A stretch of DNA of 64,000 bases from a virus, in the IMG/VR virus record IMGVR_UViG_3300027754_000060, positions 33,086 to 97,085 of that record; one strand, written 5' to 3'. The notes beneath the pieces are model-generated. The model saw only the letters and a list, made by a program, of their open reading frames with translations. It ran no database searches and was not told the origin of the DNA. Positions 56,032-64,000 of this stretch are shown piece after piece. The stretch's first letter is position 1, and every line of letters begins with the position of its first letter. The translations under genes and the position numbers were made by a program.

Positions 56032-56982
56032 CTAGCTAACTGGTGATTCAACCTTTGTTCCCACAGGAGAGACTTCTGGAGCAACTGCAACAACTTCTGA
56101 TACTTGTTGAGCCACTGGTTCAACAGCAACAACAGGAGCTGGTACATCGTTGGTTTTTGAGTTATCATTTTTTATGTCTTCGTCTATAAGAACAGGTTTT
56201 CCGTCTTCGTCCAAAAATGGCTCTGGAACTACAATATAATCTCCTTCAACAGTTACCTTACTACCATACTGATCAGTAAAAGCACCGTTTTCATCAATAA
56301 ACCTACCATTCTCATCTATTAATTTATTGTCTCTGTTTATCAGTCTTCCTTTTTTGTCTACATATCTAAGCTTGTCGTCTATAAACTTATACTTTTTCAA
56401 AAACTTATTTTCTGGCAGATTAATCTCGTAGTCATTATCTAACCCATATAACATATTGGCTAAATTCTGAGCACCAAGAGAACCTACCTTGTCTGTGGAC
56501 CTATTCAAATAATCTTCCATATTTTCAAAATACGGCTTCTTATCATTATCATTATACACCACACAAGCACTCACTAGGTAATTAAACCTAGCATTATCTG
56601 CTTGTCCTTCAGCACTATGATTATCCAAAGAGGTTCTAGCACTAATTAGCTCTCTTATTTCATCTCGTACCTTTTTCATCTTTATCGCTAAGTCTTTAGC
56701 TTCGTTTAGACTAAAACCACCCTGAGCAAGTTTCTTTTCGCCGTCGAGTAATTCTTTCTGTAAACCTGTGAACTTAGCCTGTTTTTCATCATTCCACAAT
56801 CCCTGATCCTCTAATAGATCGTCTAATTTTGCCCTCACAACACTTTTGCTTTTGATAGCATCTGTAAAAGCTTGGTTATATGCTTTCTGACCTTCTCTTT
56901 GGTCTTGTAGTGATGGACTCCTCACAAGAAATTCCTTCTCTATATTATCGACAGTAACCTTAAAAGTTTTAGTTTTCATCAT
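56032..56982 (-). CDS. Probable tail assembly chaperone
   Basis: Lies directly before the TMP; GGAG Shine-Dalgarno upstream of the ATGs at 56982/56979; helical body plus 'D..G' beta-hairpin repeats. Confidence 0.55.
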   Translation of the reverse strand: MMKTKTFKVTVDNIEKEFLVRSPSLQDQREGQKAYNQAFTDAIKSKSVVRAKLDDLLEDQGLWNDEKQAKFTGLQKELLDGEKKLAQGGFSLNEAKDLAIKMKKVRDEIRELISARTSLDNHSAEGQADNARFNYLVSACVVYNDNDKKPYFENMEDYLNRSTDKVGSLGAQNLANMLYGLDNDYEINLPENKFLKKYKFIDDKLRYVDKKGRLINRDNKLIDENGRFIDENGAFTDQYGSKVTVEGDYIVVPEPFLDEDGKPVLIDEDIKNDNSKTNDVPAPVVAVEPVAQQVSEVVAVAPEVSPVGTKVESPVS

Positions 56983-57292
56983 TTTCTCCGTGTTGTTGGT
57001 CATTATTGAATTTAAAATCATAATGATATTTTTGTTTCACATTTATCCCAGATCTAGATCTATTAACAAGAAAATCCCCAATATCATCCATTGCTGCCCT
57101 AGCCTGTTTATTACCATTGTTCAGAATACTATTTCTAGTATCTTCCCATAGATTTTCCATAGCTAAAGATTGCTTAGACTCATTGTCCCACAAGTACCCA
57201 AAATTATTTTCAAATCTAGCAATAGCTCCTATCATAGTAGTTTGAAATTTCTTATAAACATTATCCAGTAGTCTTTGTTCATTTTGTTCCAT
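56969..57292 (-). CDS. Hypothetical protein in the tail chaperone region
   Basis: AAGGA Shine-Dalgarno; overlaps the next gene. Confidence 0.65.
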   Translation of the reverse strand: MEQNEQRLLDNVYKKFQTTMIGAIARFENNFGYLWDNESKQSLAMENLWEDTRNSILNNGNKQARAAMDDIGDFLVNRSRSGINVKQKYHYDFKFNNDQQHGENDEN

Positions 57293-57301
57293 GTTTTATC
57301 C

Positions 57302-58354
57302 TTACTTTTTAGAAGATTTTATCTGTTCTGTCATTTTATTTCTTAGATCCATCTGAACATCAGGTAGTTCTATAGAAGATACTGATCCGCGAGCATTAAT
57401 AAAGTCAGATCTTTGATTGATAGTATTTAGGGTTTCTTGAGTATTAAAAGATGTTATCTCTTGTGCTTCCTGACTGTCATTCGCCATAATAAAAACCTCT
57501 TGAGCATTTCTCAGTTTTGGATGAAGAGCATCAACAGCTGTTTTCTTCTTTTGAATATCTACCAATCTTCTTTGTAAGATCATCCAACCGTCCAACATAT
57601 CATCATCCTCAATAACTTGATCACTCGGACATTCAGGATGCTCATAAACATTATCATACATTCTGCTCATGCTAGCTAGTACTCTTTGATCGTCTGACCA
57701 TTCAGAGACAGATCCCGCAAAAAGACTCGCTCCATTTTTTGAGCTAGTCCAATATGATCTCCACATATTGCTTCTTGCTAATTTTTTAAAAGACTCTATC
57801 TGTATGGTAAACTTATTTATTTCATTAACAATGTCGTTAAATAAGACATATGATGATGAGCTACCAGATAACTTAGTATTGAATACTTTTTTATTATTTT
57901 TTAAAAGAGTTTCACAAATAATATGCTCATTTTTTATAGATAAAGCATATCCTTCTAATGTGTGAGTCAAGAAATCTTGTTTTTTAGACAATATGGTATT
58001 TAGCTGAGTCTTAGAAAGAAGCAAAGCTTTTCTAGCTTTCTTTTCTTTGTCTACAAATAATGCAGACTTAAATAGTTCCACTTTTTGATCATCTATTTTG
58101 GTCTCTAAACTTTTTATAATTTTCATAGTATCCTTTGTCCACAATCCACAGAAGATTAACGTTTCCACTAAATCATACTGTCTAATCCAGTCGTTAAATT
58201 TTTCATCATTAATAATATTCTCATATATTAAATCTGCCTCGTACTTTATTTCAAATGTTGGTTGGATTAATTCATATCTTTCATTTTTATAAAATACTAA
58301 TAATTTTTTACATAGTATTCTATCTAATAAAGATTCAAGATAGTCATCATTCAT
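57302..58354 (-). CDS. Probable tail assembly chaperone-like protein
   Basis: Helical protein between tube and TMP with a 'YDNVYEHPECPSDQVIEDDDMLDGW' motif. Confidence 0.5.
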   Translation of the reverse strand: MNDDYLESLLDRILCKKLLVFYKNERYELIQPTFEIKYEADLIYENIINDEKFNDWIRQYDLVETLIFCGLWTKDTMKIIKSLETKIDDQKVELFKSALFVDKEKKARKALLLSKTQLNTILSKKQDFLTHTLEGYALSIKNEHIICETLLKNNKKVFNTKLSGSSSSYVLFNDIVNEINKFTIQIESFKKLARSNMWRSYWTSSKNGASLFAGSVSEWSDDQRVLASMSRMYDNVYEHPECPSDQVIEDDDMLDGWMILQRRLVDIQKKKTAVDALHPKLRNAQEVFIMANDSQEAQEITSFNTQETLNTINQRSDFINARGSVSSIELPDVQMDLRNKMTEQIKSSKK

Positions 58355-58490
58355 CCTTTGTCCTAGTTTGTTTCAGCCTAGCTATTTCAGTATCCTGTTC
58401 CTGAATCTGCTTTTGTAGCATGTCTAATACCTTTTGAGTATTATATATATCTACGTATAGTTTTCCTATTATATTAAATAACTCTTCCAT
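58347..58490 (-). CDS. Unannotated 47-aa coiled-coil protein (MEELFNIIGKLYVDIYNTQKVLDMLQKQIQEQDTEIARLKQTRTKDE)
   Basis: AAGGA Shine-Dalgarno upstream; the stop overlaps the start of the next gene; heptad pattern. Confidence 0.7.
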   Translation of the reverse strand: MEELFNIIGKLYVDIYNTQKVLDMLQKQIQEQDTEIARLKQTRTKDE

Positions 58491-58494
58491 TTTT

Positions 58495-58560
58495 ACTTTT
58501 CCTTATCCTTATCCTGTCCTTGTCCACCATACCATACAATGTCCATAGATCTTGATTATA
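58495..58560 (-). promoter_or_regulatory. TATAAT box followed by a leader with six GGA motifs (CsrA/RsmA-site-like)
   Basis: - strand TATAATcaagatctatGGAcattgtatggtatggtGGAcaaGGAcaGGAtaaGGAtaaGGAaaag. Confidence 0.5.
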
Positions 58561-58580
58561 CTTTCTACAGAATCTTACTA

Positions 58581-59603
58581 CTATTGTCCTGCGCCAGTAG
58601 CAAATGATCCAGAAACACTTACTACTAACTTATTAAACGTTTGAAAACTATATGTGATAGTAGCATTACCACCACCAGCATCTCCACCCGTATAGTTAAC
58701 ACTAGTTAATTTATTCTTGGCTCCAAGGTCTAATTGTAGGGAATCATTAGCTCCGGTTCCACAAACTTTAACAATTATGGTCTTGTCTGTGAGATTTTTA
58801 TAGACCCTATCACAACTTCCAGCTCCGGGAAAATCACTAGCGTTGATTTGATCTCCAGATGTAGCAATAATTTCAAATTCGCTAGTAACTTCAAGAGGAA
58901 ATGTTACAAATCTAAAATAAGGACCCATGCTGCCCAATTCATTAATTGCTTCTCTTCCCATGTCTGTGCTAACGGAGATGCTCTGCAAGTGACTACCAGA
59001 TGGAATGCCTCCTGCGCCAAGTGGCAATGTACATTGAGACGGTAATACTTTGTATCTCCTTGCTATTGAAGGAGCAGTTTGAGTCCCGATATTGGTAATT
59101 GCATTAGCGGTACCACTATTCCAGGTTTTATTATTACCAACTAATGTAACATCTTCTGTGCCATTTCCATCAACCTGAAACTTATATGATACGCTAGATA
59201 AATACAGACCAGTGGCGCTAACAAATTGATCGTGGGCTCCTGTAGCAGCAGTAGCTGAGTCTTTGTAAATCTGTAGTGTAAAATCAACCCTATTATTTAC
59301 TAAGGTAGCTAATTCTTTACCGCTACCAGAAGCTCCGCCACCCATACACATTAAATATAGTGGCAGTGTTCCATCGATAACTTTATTCATAGTAACTTGT
59401 ACTTCTGGAACATCTTCTACATTGTCATATAGCTCTAATTGCCCTAATTGAAAAACCTGCTCTAGTTTAAAATTAGTCGTAATTCCTACGCTTTGGAGAC
59501 CTCTTGGAACACAGACAGTTTGTGCTGACCAAGTGTCACCAGATTGTAGCAGTGGCGTTAGTGTAACAGCTTGACTAGCATAAAAAATTCTATTATTTGC
59601 CAT
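58581..59603 (-). CDS. Major tail tube protein (two tandem tube-fold repeats)
   Basis: 'GLQSVGITTNFKLEQVFQLG...PEVQVTM' and 'HLQSISVSTDMGREAINELG...PLEVTSEF'; GGAG Shine-Dalgarno; synteny. Confidence 0.7.
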   Translation of the reverse strand: MANNRIFYASQAVTLTPLLQSGDTWSAQTVCVPRGLQSVGITTNFKLEQVFQLGQLELYDNVEDVPEVQVTMNKVIDGTLPLYLMCMGGGASGSGKELATLVNNRVDFTLQIYKDSATAATGAHDQFVSATGLYLSSVSYKFQVDGNGTEDVTLVGNNKTWNSGTANAITNIGTQTAPSIARRYKVLPSQCTLPLGAGGIPSGSHLQSISVSTDMGREAINELGSMGPYFRFVTFPLEVTSEFEIIATSGDQINASDFPGAGSCDRVYKNLTDKTIIVKVCGTGANDSLQLDLGAKNKLTSVNYTGGDAGGGNATITYSFQTFNKLVVSVSGSFATGAGQ

Positions 59604-59665
59604 TTTTCATTCTCCGATTAAAGGGATAATTCATACCACATATTAAAAAAATTTTGTTTTGGAAT

Positions 59666-60613
59666 CTAAGGATAGATCTCAATGGACCACCTAATAATCC
59701 CATTATATAAGCTAGAACTCAAGATGTTTAATTCTCCAATAGTACTATCCTTTATAGTACACCAATGACTTTTATAATTGGCAGAAAGATTTGGATAATT
59801 TTGACCTGATGGATTAATATTCCCATATTTGTTTAATGGGTAAACACTATTTTTGACCACATTATTAACATCATATAGATTTAAAACCTTATCTTTTTGA
59901 TGTAATAGTATGTCCATTAAGCTATTTCTTTGGTTTGCATTTTGTGCAAAAATATGCAATAATATGTCTTGAATAATAATATTGGATGAATCTCCAATCT
60001 GATATGGTTTTAATACTGTTCTAGGAATAAGCTCTATAACAATAGCTGGTAGTTGAACCCTGTGATTACTAGTTATGGAATAGTCTTCATTCGTCTTAAA
60101 GTTTGTTGGATTATATGTTTCCTTCTGGACTTCTTTCCACCAAAATGAATCATTGGACTTATAAGTCTGAACATATCTATATGAATATTGAGCAGTTACC
60201 GTGCTATTAGCAGCTATCGAGTTTGTAAAAACTACCCTACCAAGAGGATAATTTATATTATACCCATAGCTTCCAGAACCTGTTGGAGCTGGTAAAAAAC
60301 TATTATTTACATATATACCAGAAAAAGCTGTGGGCGAAGAGCTATCATAAACAATGCCGCTTTCATAAACCCAGTCTTTTCTTGATGTTTCCCATATTTT
60401 ATTTTTTTGAGTAGGATCAGTAGCAGGCTGAAAAGTATGAAAATTAGAAGGATTGACTACTCCACTAACTGGAATACCGCTAGTTGGAATTTTAACATTA
60501 ATAAACCCCCCTATATTAATAAAAGACCAATCTAAAAAACCCTTTATATTATCTTCTAAAATAGAGATAGTGTCTTTATGGCCGATAGAGGAGACATTAT
60601 GAAATGTTGTCAT
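59666..60613 (-). CDS. Tail terminator/completion protein
   Basis: 'VQLPAIVIE...IIIQDILLHIFA....RNSLMDIL' terminator-like C-domain plus a 'YNINYPLGRVVF...VTAQYSY' beta insert; lies upstream of the tube gene. Confidence 0.55.
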   Translation of the reverse strand: MTTFHNVSSIGHKDTISILEDNIKGFLDWSFINIGGFINVKIPTSGIPVSGVVNPSNFHTFQPATDPTQKNKIWETSRKDWVYESGIVYDSSSPTAFSGIYVNNSFLPAPTGSGSYGYNINYPLGRVVFTNSIAANSTVTAQYSYRYVQTYKSNDSFWWKEVQKETYNPTNFKTNEDYSITSNHRVQLPAIVIELIPRTVLKPYQIGDSSNIIIQDILLHIFAQNANQRNSLMDILLHQKDKVLNLYDVNNVVKNSVYPLNKYGNINPSGQNYPNLSANYKSHWCTIKDSTIGELNILSSSLYNGIIRWSIEIYP

Positions 60614-61251
60614 ATGTATTTCTCCGCACTATTTTGAATAAGTCTATATATTTCATCTTCTACTCTTGCAACAGCTCTTGTTGTCCAGTTGCTTGATTCT
60701 GATCCAGCAAACTCTGGTGGGACTCGCCAGTTGTCTCCAGAAGGCACCATGATAGCTAGTCCTGACCTTGAATTTTGATTGCTGCCAAAACGAACCTTAT
60801 AATTTTTTATAATAGCTTGATTATTTCTTAACAATAACCATTCTAACCAAGGCAAAGATTGTCCCTGATTATCAGTAACACTTGCAATCTCATCATAGAT
60901 AACCCCACCCAAATCATCAGATTTCATCATAGTAAGAGAAAACCCCCCGGACAAACCTCTACTTGTAGCTGTTACTGGATTTGATACTATTTGTAGAGTT
61001 TCAGTCATAGCTAGTATTACTCTTTCGATAGAAGAAGAATCGGGAATTCCAAATTCTGCTCTTAGTGTTCCAGACATCAAAGAGACATATTCTGGTTCTT
61101 GTCTTAGGCTATTCTGGACCAGTAATTTAACACTATCAGCTACATCGTCAGCTGCCTTGCTTAAAGCTTGTTCAATAACTATCTTCATTTGCTCAAGAAT
61201 CAATGTTCTTATTTTTGAATTAGATTCTACTAGTTTAATATTGAATTTCAT
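60610..61251 (-). CDS. Neck/tail-completion protein (HK97 gp10-like position)
   Basis: Synteny; 'SGTLRAEFG', 'LPWLEWLL'; the ATG at 61251 overlaps the upstream stop. Confidence 0.5.
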   Translation of the reverse strand: MKFNIKLVESNSKIRTLILEQMKIVIEQALSKAADDVADSVKLLVQNSLRQEPEYVSLMSGTLRAEFGIPDSSSIERVILAMTETLQIVSNPVTATSRGLSGGFSLTMMKSDDLGGVIYDEIASVTDNQGQSLPWLEWLLLRNNQAIIKNYKVRFGSNQNSRSGLAIMVPSGDNWRVPPEFAGSESSNWTTRAVARVEDEIYRLIQNSAEKYI

Positions 61252-61778
61252 TTTCTCTTCCACATAGTTATAATGTATCTGTTATCACCAAGACCAACAG
61301 GCTCAGGATCTCCTGCTCTTTCATAGACATAGTTTCCATAATCAGCTAAACTACTATCCAAAACTATCTCACTACAATTTCTAATTTTTGATAACAAATC
61401 AATACTACATATACTTTGAGCCATACCATTTGGAATATTCAAGATATTTGCAGATTTATTCATCCAAAATTTACTATCGAATATAAAGGCCAAATTAATA
61501 TTTTCTGAAAAATCATTTCTTAAGAGTCCCATACCTAAACATACCGGGCATATCAATCCTTCGCCAAATGGGTTGGGCCCCGTACTATTATAAAAATTAG
61601 AGGATAATAAAGAAATTGGATCAAAAATACAGTTATTACAATATGTTGAGTTTTGTTGACCCGAATATTTTATTTTACAAGATATTGATAGGGAGTTTTC
61701 AGACAGTAGTCCATCTATAGCATTGTTGAATAGTTTTTTTAGTTCTGGGGATATTATTTTATCAAAAGGATTACTCAT
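61248..61778 (-). CDS. Head closure/stopper-like protein with Zn-binding insert
   Basis: CNNC...CPVCLG.G; synteny between adaptor and neck genes. Confidence 0.55.
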   Translation of the reverse strand: MSNPFDKIISPELKKLFNNAIDGLLSENSLSISCKIKYSGQQNSTYCNNCIFDPISLLSSNFYNSTGPNPFGEGLICPVCLGMGLLRNDFSENINLAFIFDSKFWMNKSANILNIPNGMAQSICSIDLLSKIRNCSEIVLDSSLADYGNYVYERAGDPEPVGLGDNRYIITMWKRK

Positions 61779-61977
61779 TTAAGTCTCTTGCTAATGGTAG
61801 GATTGGTAATTCTGTAAAATCAATATTTATATTGTCTGATAATAGTCCTTTGATTTCAGAATAAATAATATGGTTTATAGTGATAATCTTTGGTAAATTT
61901 TGAATAGCATTAATCTTAAGATCAAGTATACTAACCCCAATAGTTGGGCCTGTTTTATCCAATTTAGATAGTTTCAT
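61771..61977 (-). CDS. Small hypothetical protein
   Basis: 68-aa ORF that fills the gap and overlaps the next start. Confidence 0.45.
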   Translation of the reverse strand: MKLSKLDKTGPTIGVSILDLKINAIQNLPKIITINHIIYSEIKGLLSDNINIDFTELPILPLARDLNE

Positions 61978-62004
61978 TTTTCTTTTTCCCCCAGATATTC
62001 ATTA

Positions 62005-63003
62005 TTATTCAACTGGTTTATATGTTACTATCAATTTCCAAGAGTCTAATGATCCAGAAGACAAAGGATCAGTATCCTTGGCGTAAAGAGTCCATACTCC
62101 TGTTGTAGAAGTATCAAAAAGATGATCAAAACTATATAGGAGGTTCTCATTGTTGTATTTATAAGAACTAGTCTTATCATATATGTTGCATAATCCACCA
62201 TTGCTAATGTTATGTAGATAGGACGTAGCTGTTGCTTTATTGGAAAACATAAAACTAAAATTATTGTTATTGTTGACAATTTTATGATTAGCAGATAGTA
62301 ATATCTTGTTTCCAGAAGGAGGAGCTAGTAAAAAAGCAATATCTTGTGGACTACTATGGGCCAATTTATTAATTGCTAATTCTATATTTTCTATCATTCT
62401 AGTATCTGTTGAGGTTATACTTCCACTGGATGTTGATAGATCATTTATATTTAATCCGCTCCCAGCATAAACCACAGAGTAGATATCGAGTTCAACACAA
62501 TCATAGGGTAAGCACAAATCCTCAAATTCATTTGGAGCTGGGGTTGGGGTAGGGGTAGGGGCAGTTGGCGTTGACGTAGTCGGCGTTTGAGTAGCGGTAA
62601 GTTTTTTTGGATCAGTAGATACTGAACAAGAACCAAGGTCAAGAGGATCTATATTCCTAGAAACAAAAGATATTGATCCAGCAGCTAGTCTAATATTACC
62701 AGTAGCATCACTAACGTCTAAATCGTATACGCAAGAAGTTCCTATAAAACCCAACGTTGTGGTAGAAAGAATTTTTAAAGATATTTTTCCTAAATTGTCT
62801 GCTGATAAACTCCAACCATCAGAACTATAAGTTGCTGGTGCTGCTGATGAAAAAACATATTGGTCACCATTTGACATCAACATTTTAAGTTGTACACATT
62901 TGCCCGATAGATCTATTGGGACACCAGCAGCGTCATTGTACTGAAAAGATATTGAAAAATCTGATCCTTTTTCTATTTCAAAATTATAAATAGCAGCTGG
63001 CAT
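62005..63003 (-). CDS. Virion protein: BppU-like Ig N-domain, Pro/Thr linker, and proprotein-convertase P-domain
   Basis: 'IEKGSDF..FQYND..G.PIDLSG...YDLDV' and 'IENIEL.I....H....DI...L.PPSG...GVWTL...D....SGSLDSWKL'. Confidence 0.7.
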   Translation of the reverse strand: MPAAIYNFEIEKGSDFSISFQYNDAAGVPIDLSGKCVQLKMLMSNGDQYVFSSAAPATYSSDGWSLSADNLGKISLKILSTTTLGFIGTSCVYDLDVSDATGNIRLAAGSISFVSRNIDPLDLGSCSVSTDPKKLTATQTPTTSTPTAPTPTPTPAPNEFEDLCLPYDCVELDIYSVVYAGSGLNINDLSTSSGSITSTDTRMIENIELAINKLAHSSPQDIAFLLAPPSGNKILLSANHKIVNNNNNFSFMFSNKATATSYLHNISNGGLCNIYDKTSSYKYNNENLLYSFDHLFDTSTTGVWTLYAKDTDPLSSGSLDSWKLIVTYKPVE

Positions 63004-63014
63004 AAAAAATTTCC

Positions 63015-63533
63015 TTAACTATACATGTTTCTGATATAATCTCCCGCTGAGCTATATACGTCTTGTGGGTAAAACTTATTTCCAACAAAAGGACTAAGAA
63101 TAGCGGTACAGTAAGTGGCTTGGGCAGTATCCCAATGTTCAGTAAGCTCAGAGTATGTTGCACACGGGCCATTTTGCAAGATCATTTGTATGCCTGCTAA
63201 AGTACCTCTGGCACTCAATCTGGCTCCTCCAAGAGATGCTGTTATACCCTCAAGAGCAGCTTTTGTTCTAAGGGAACTTTGATCAATAATACAACAAGCT
63301 TTTAAGCAGACTAGTCCTACAAAAAGAGTATCTTGGGATACTACTGGATCTGGAGTAATCTGGGGCGAAGTAATATCGACAGAATAATCTACAGGAAGTT
63401 GAATGTCTAAAAGAACATATCTTGCTGCTACAGAAATAACCTGAAGAAGTCTCTCGTCTGAGTATGTTGGAGTATTAGATAGGTCATCTATGAGTACTCT
63501 AATCATAAGTGGTATTTCAACTGTCCATGACAT
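63015..63533 (-). CDS. Head-tail adaptor-like protein
   Basis: 'IRVLIDD....TYSDERLLQVI' adaptor-type N-terminal helices; first gene of the neck cluster. Confidence 0.55.
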   Translation of the reverse strand: MSWTVEIPLMIRVLIDDLSNTPTYSDERLLQVISVAARYVLLDIQLPVDYSVDITSPQITPDPVVSQDTLFVGLVCLKACCIIDQSSLRTKAALEGITASLGGARLSARGTLAGIQMILQNGPCATYSELTEHWDTAQATYCTAILSPFVGNKFYPQDVYSSAGDYIRNMYS

Positions 63534-63582
63534 AAGGCTTCTCTCGATAAAAATGGGGTATTTGATATAGTATATTCAGTAT

Positions 63583-63589
63583 TACACCA
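63583..63589 (-). promoter_or_regulatory. TGGTGTA candidate late-promoter motif
   Basis: Intergenic, 49 nt upstream of the ATG at 63533. Confidence 0.5.
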
Positions 63590-63664
63590 TTCTAGAGAGC
63601 TATGTTTAAATGGTCAATGTTTAAGAAATTAAAAGTTATTTATCCCTTATAAGAATAATATTTA

Positions 63665-64000
63665 TTAAACTAGAGATAATTTTTCACTACCATCTCCAAA
63701 AGGATCACTCTTTATATTTACACTATCTAATAGACTCAACCATAGATTATTCAAAGGGGTCTCATTGGGATATAATATATGTTTTCCCCCAGTTAATCCG
63801 CCTCCCCCAACCATTATTGGTAAATTATGATGAGCATGACTATTACCATCTTCTATTCCACAACCATATGAGATTATAGTATCATCAAGAATAGACGACC
63901 CATTGTGTTGTAATGAGTTTAATTTATCAAATAAGTAAGCTACTTGTTCAGAATGATGTTTATTAATTTTAGCAATACTTTCCTGCTTAATAATATCATT
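63665..64000 (-). CDS. C-terminal part of a DUF1552 (HXXSHH) family protein; not in the ORF track
   Basis: Manual translation: ...IAKINKHHSEQVAYLFDKLNSLQHNGSSILDDTIISYGCGIEDGNSHAHHNLPIMVGGGGLTGGKHILYPNETPLNNLWLSLLDSVNIKSDPFGDGSEKLSLV*. Confidence 0.75.
   Translation of the reverse strand, partial: NDIIKQESIAKINKHHSEQVAYLFDKLNSLQHNGSSILDDTIISYGCGIEDGNSHAHHNLPIMVGGGGLTGGKHILYPNETPLNNLWLSLLDSVNIKSDPFGDGSEKLSLV

Noticed and set aside
56032-58354. Programmed G/GT-type frameshift in the tail chaperones
   Set aside because: The ORFs have their own SD or coupled starts, and I found no convincing slippery heptamer at their 3' ends.
1-64000. Alternative genetic code (stop-codon reassignment)
   Set aside because: Very long ORFs are intact under code 11, and TAA, TAG and TGA all end genes at tight junctions.
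1-64000. tRNA or rRNA genes
   Set aside because: Intergenic gaps are short and none shows cloverleaf or T-loop signatures.

Overview
AT-rich segment of a large tailed dsDNA phage genome. It uses the standard genetic code and has tightly overlapping genes. Positions 1-7064 (+ strand) hold a cluster of glycosyltransferase-, methyltransferase- and NTP-transferase-like genes, most with eroded catalytic motifs. These are followed by a NUMOD3/Vsr-like endonuclease, a probable Rad52/Sak-like annealing protein and a Zn-ribbon protein. Positions 7075-63533 (- strand) form one virion morphogenesis module. In transcription order it encodes head-tail adaptor and closure proteins, a tail terminator, an internally duplicated tail tube, chaperones, a 5768-aa tape measure protein (TMP), tail-fibre and adhesin proteins, and very large tail-tip proteins. 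No sheath gene is visible. The main discovery is the TMP, which reads as a modular 'cargo polyprotein'. Between its helical segments lie SNase-like, PD-(D/E)xK-like, two ADP-ribosyltransferase-like, HAD phosphatase, P-loop kinase, HIGH-nucleotidyltransferase and GNAT-like domains. These are punctuated by about 25 [FYL]xxGG linkers and five DTVPA(M/L)LxPGEFV motifs, and exact DNA repeats bracket some cassettes. Other notable items: a circularly permuted FGE-sulfatase/C-type-lectin domain inserted into a tail fibre, a Cys-rich ~135-aa repeat spread over three genes, a GGA-dense (CsrA-site-like) leader with an unannotated 47-aa ORF, a TGGTGTA candidate late-promoter motif, and an unannotated partial DUF1552 gene that suggests a Planctomycetota-type host. 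All protein family calls come from motif recognition by eye; no database search was run.
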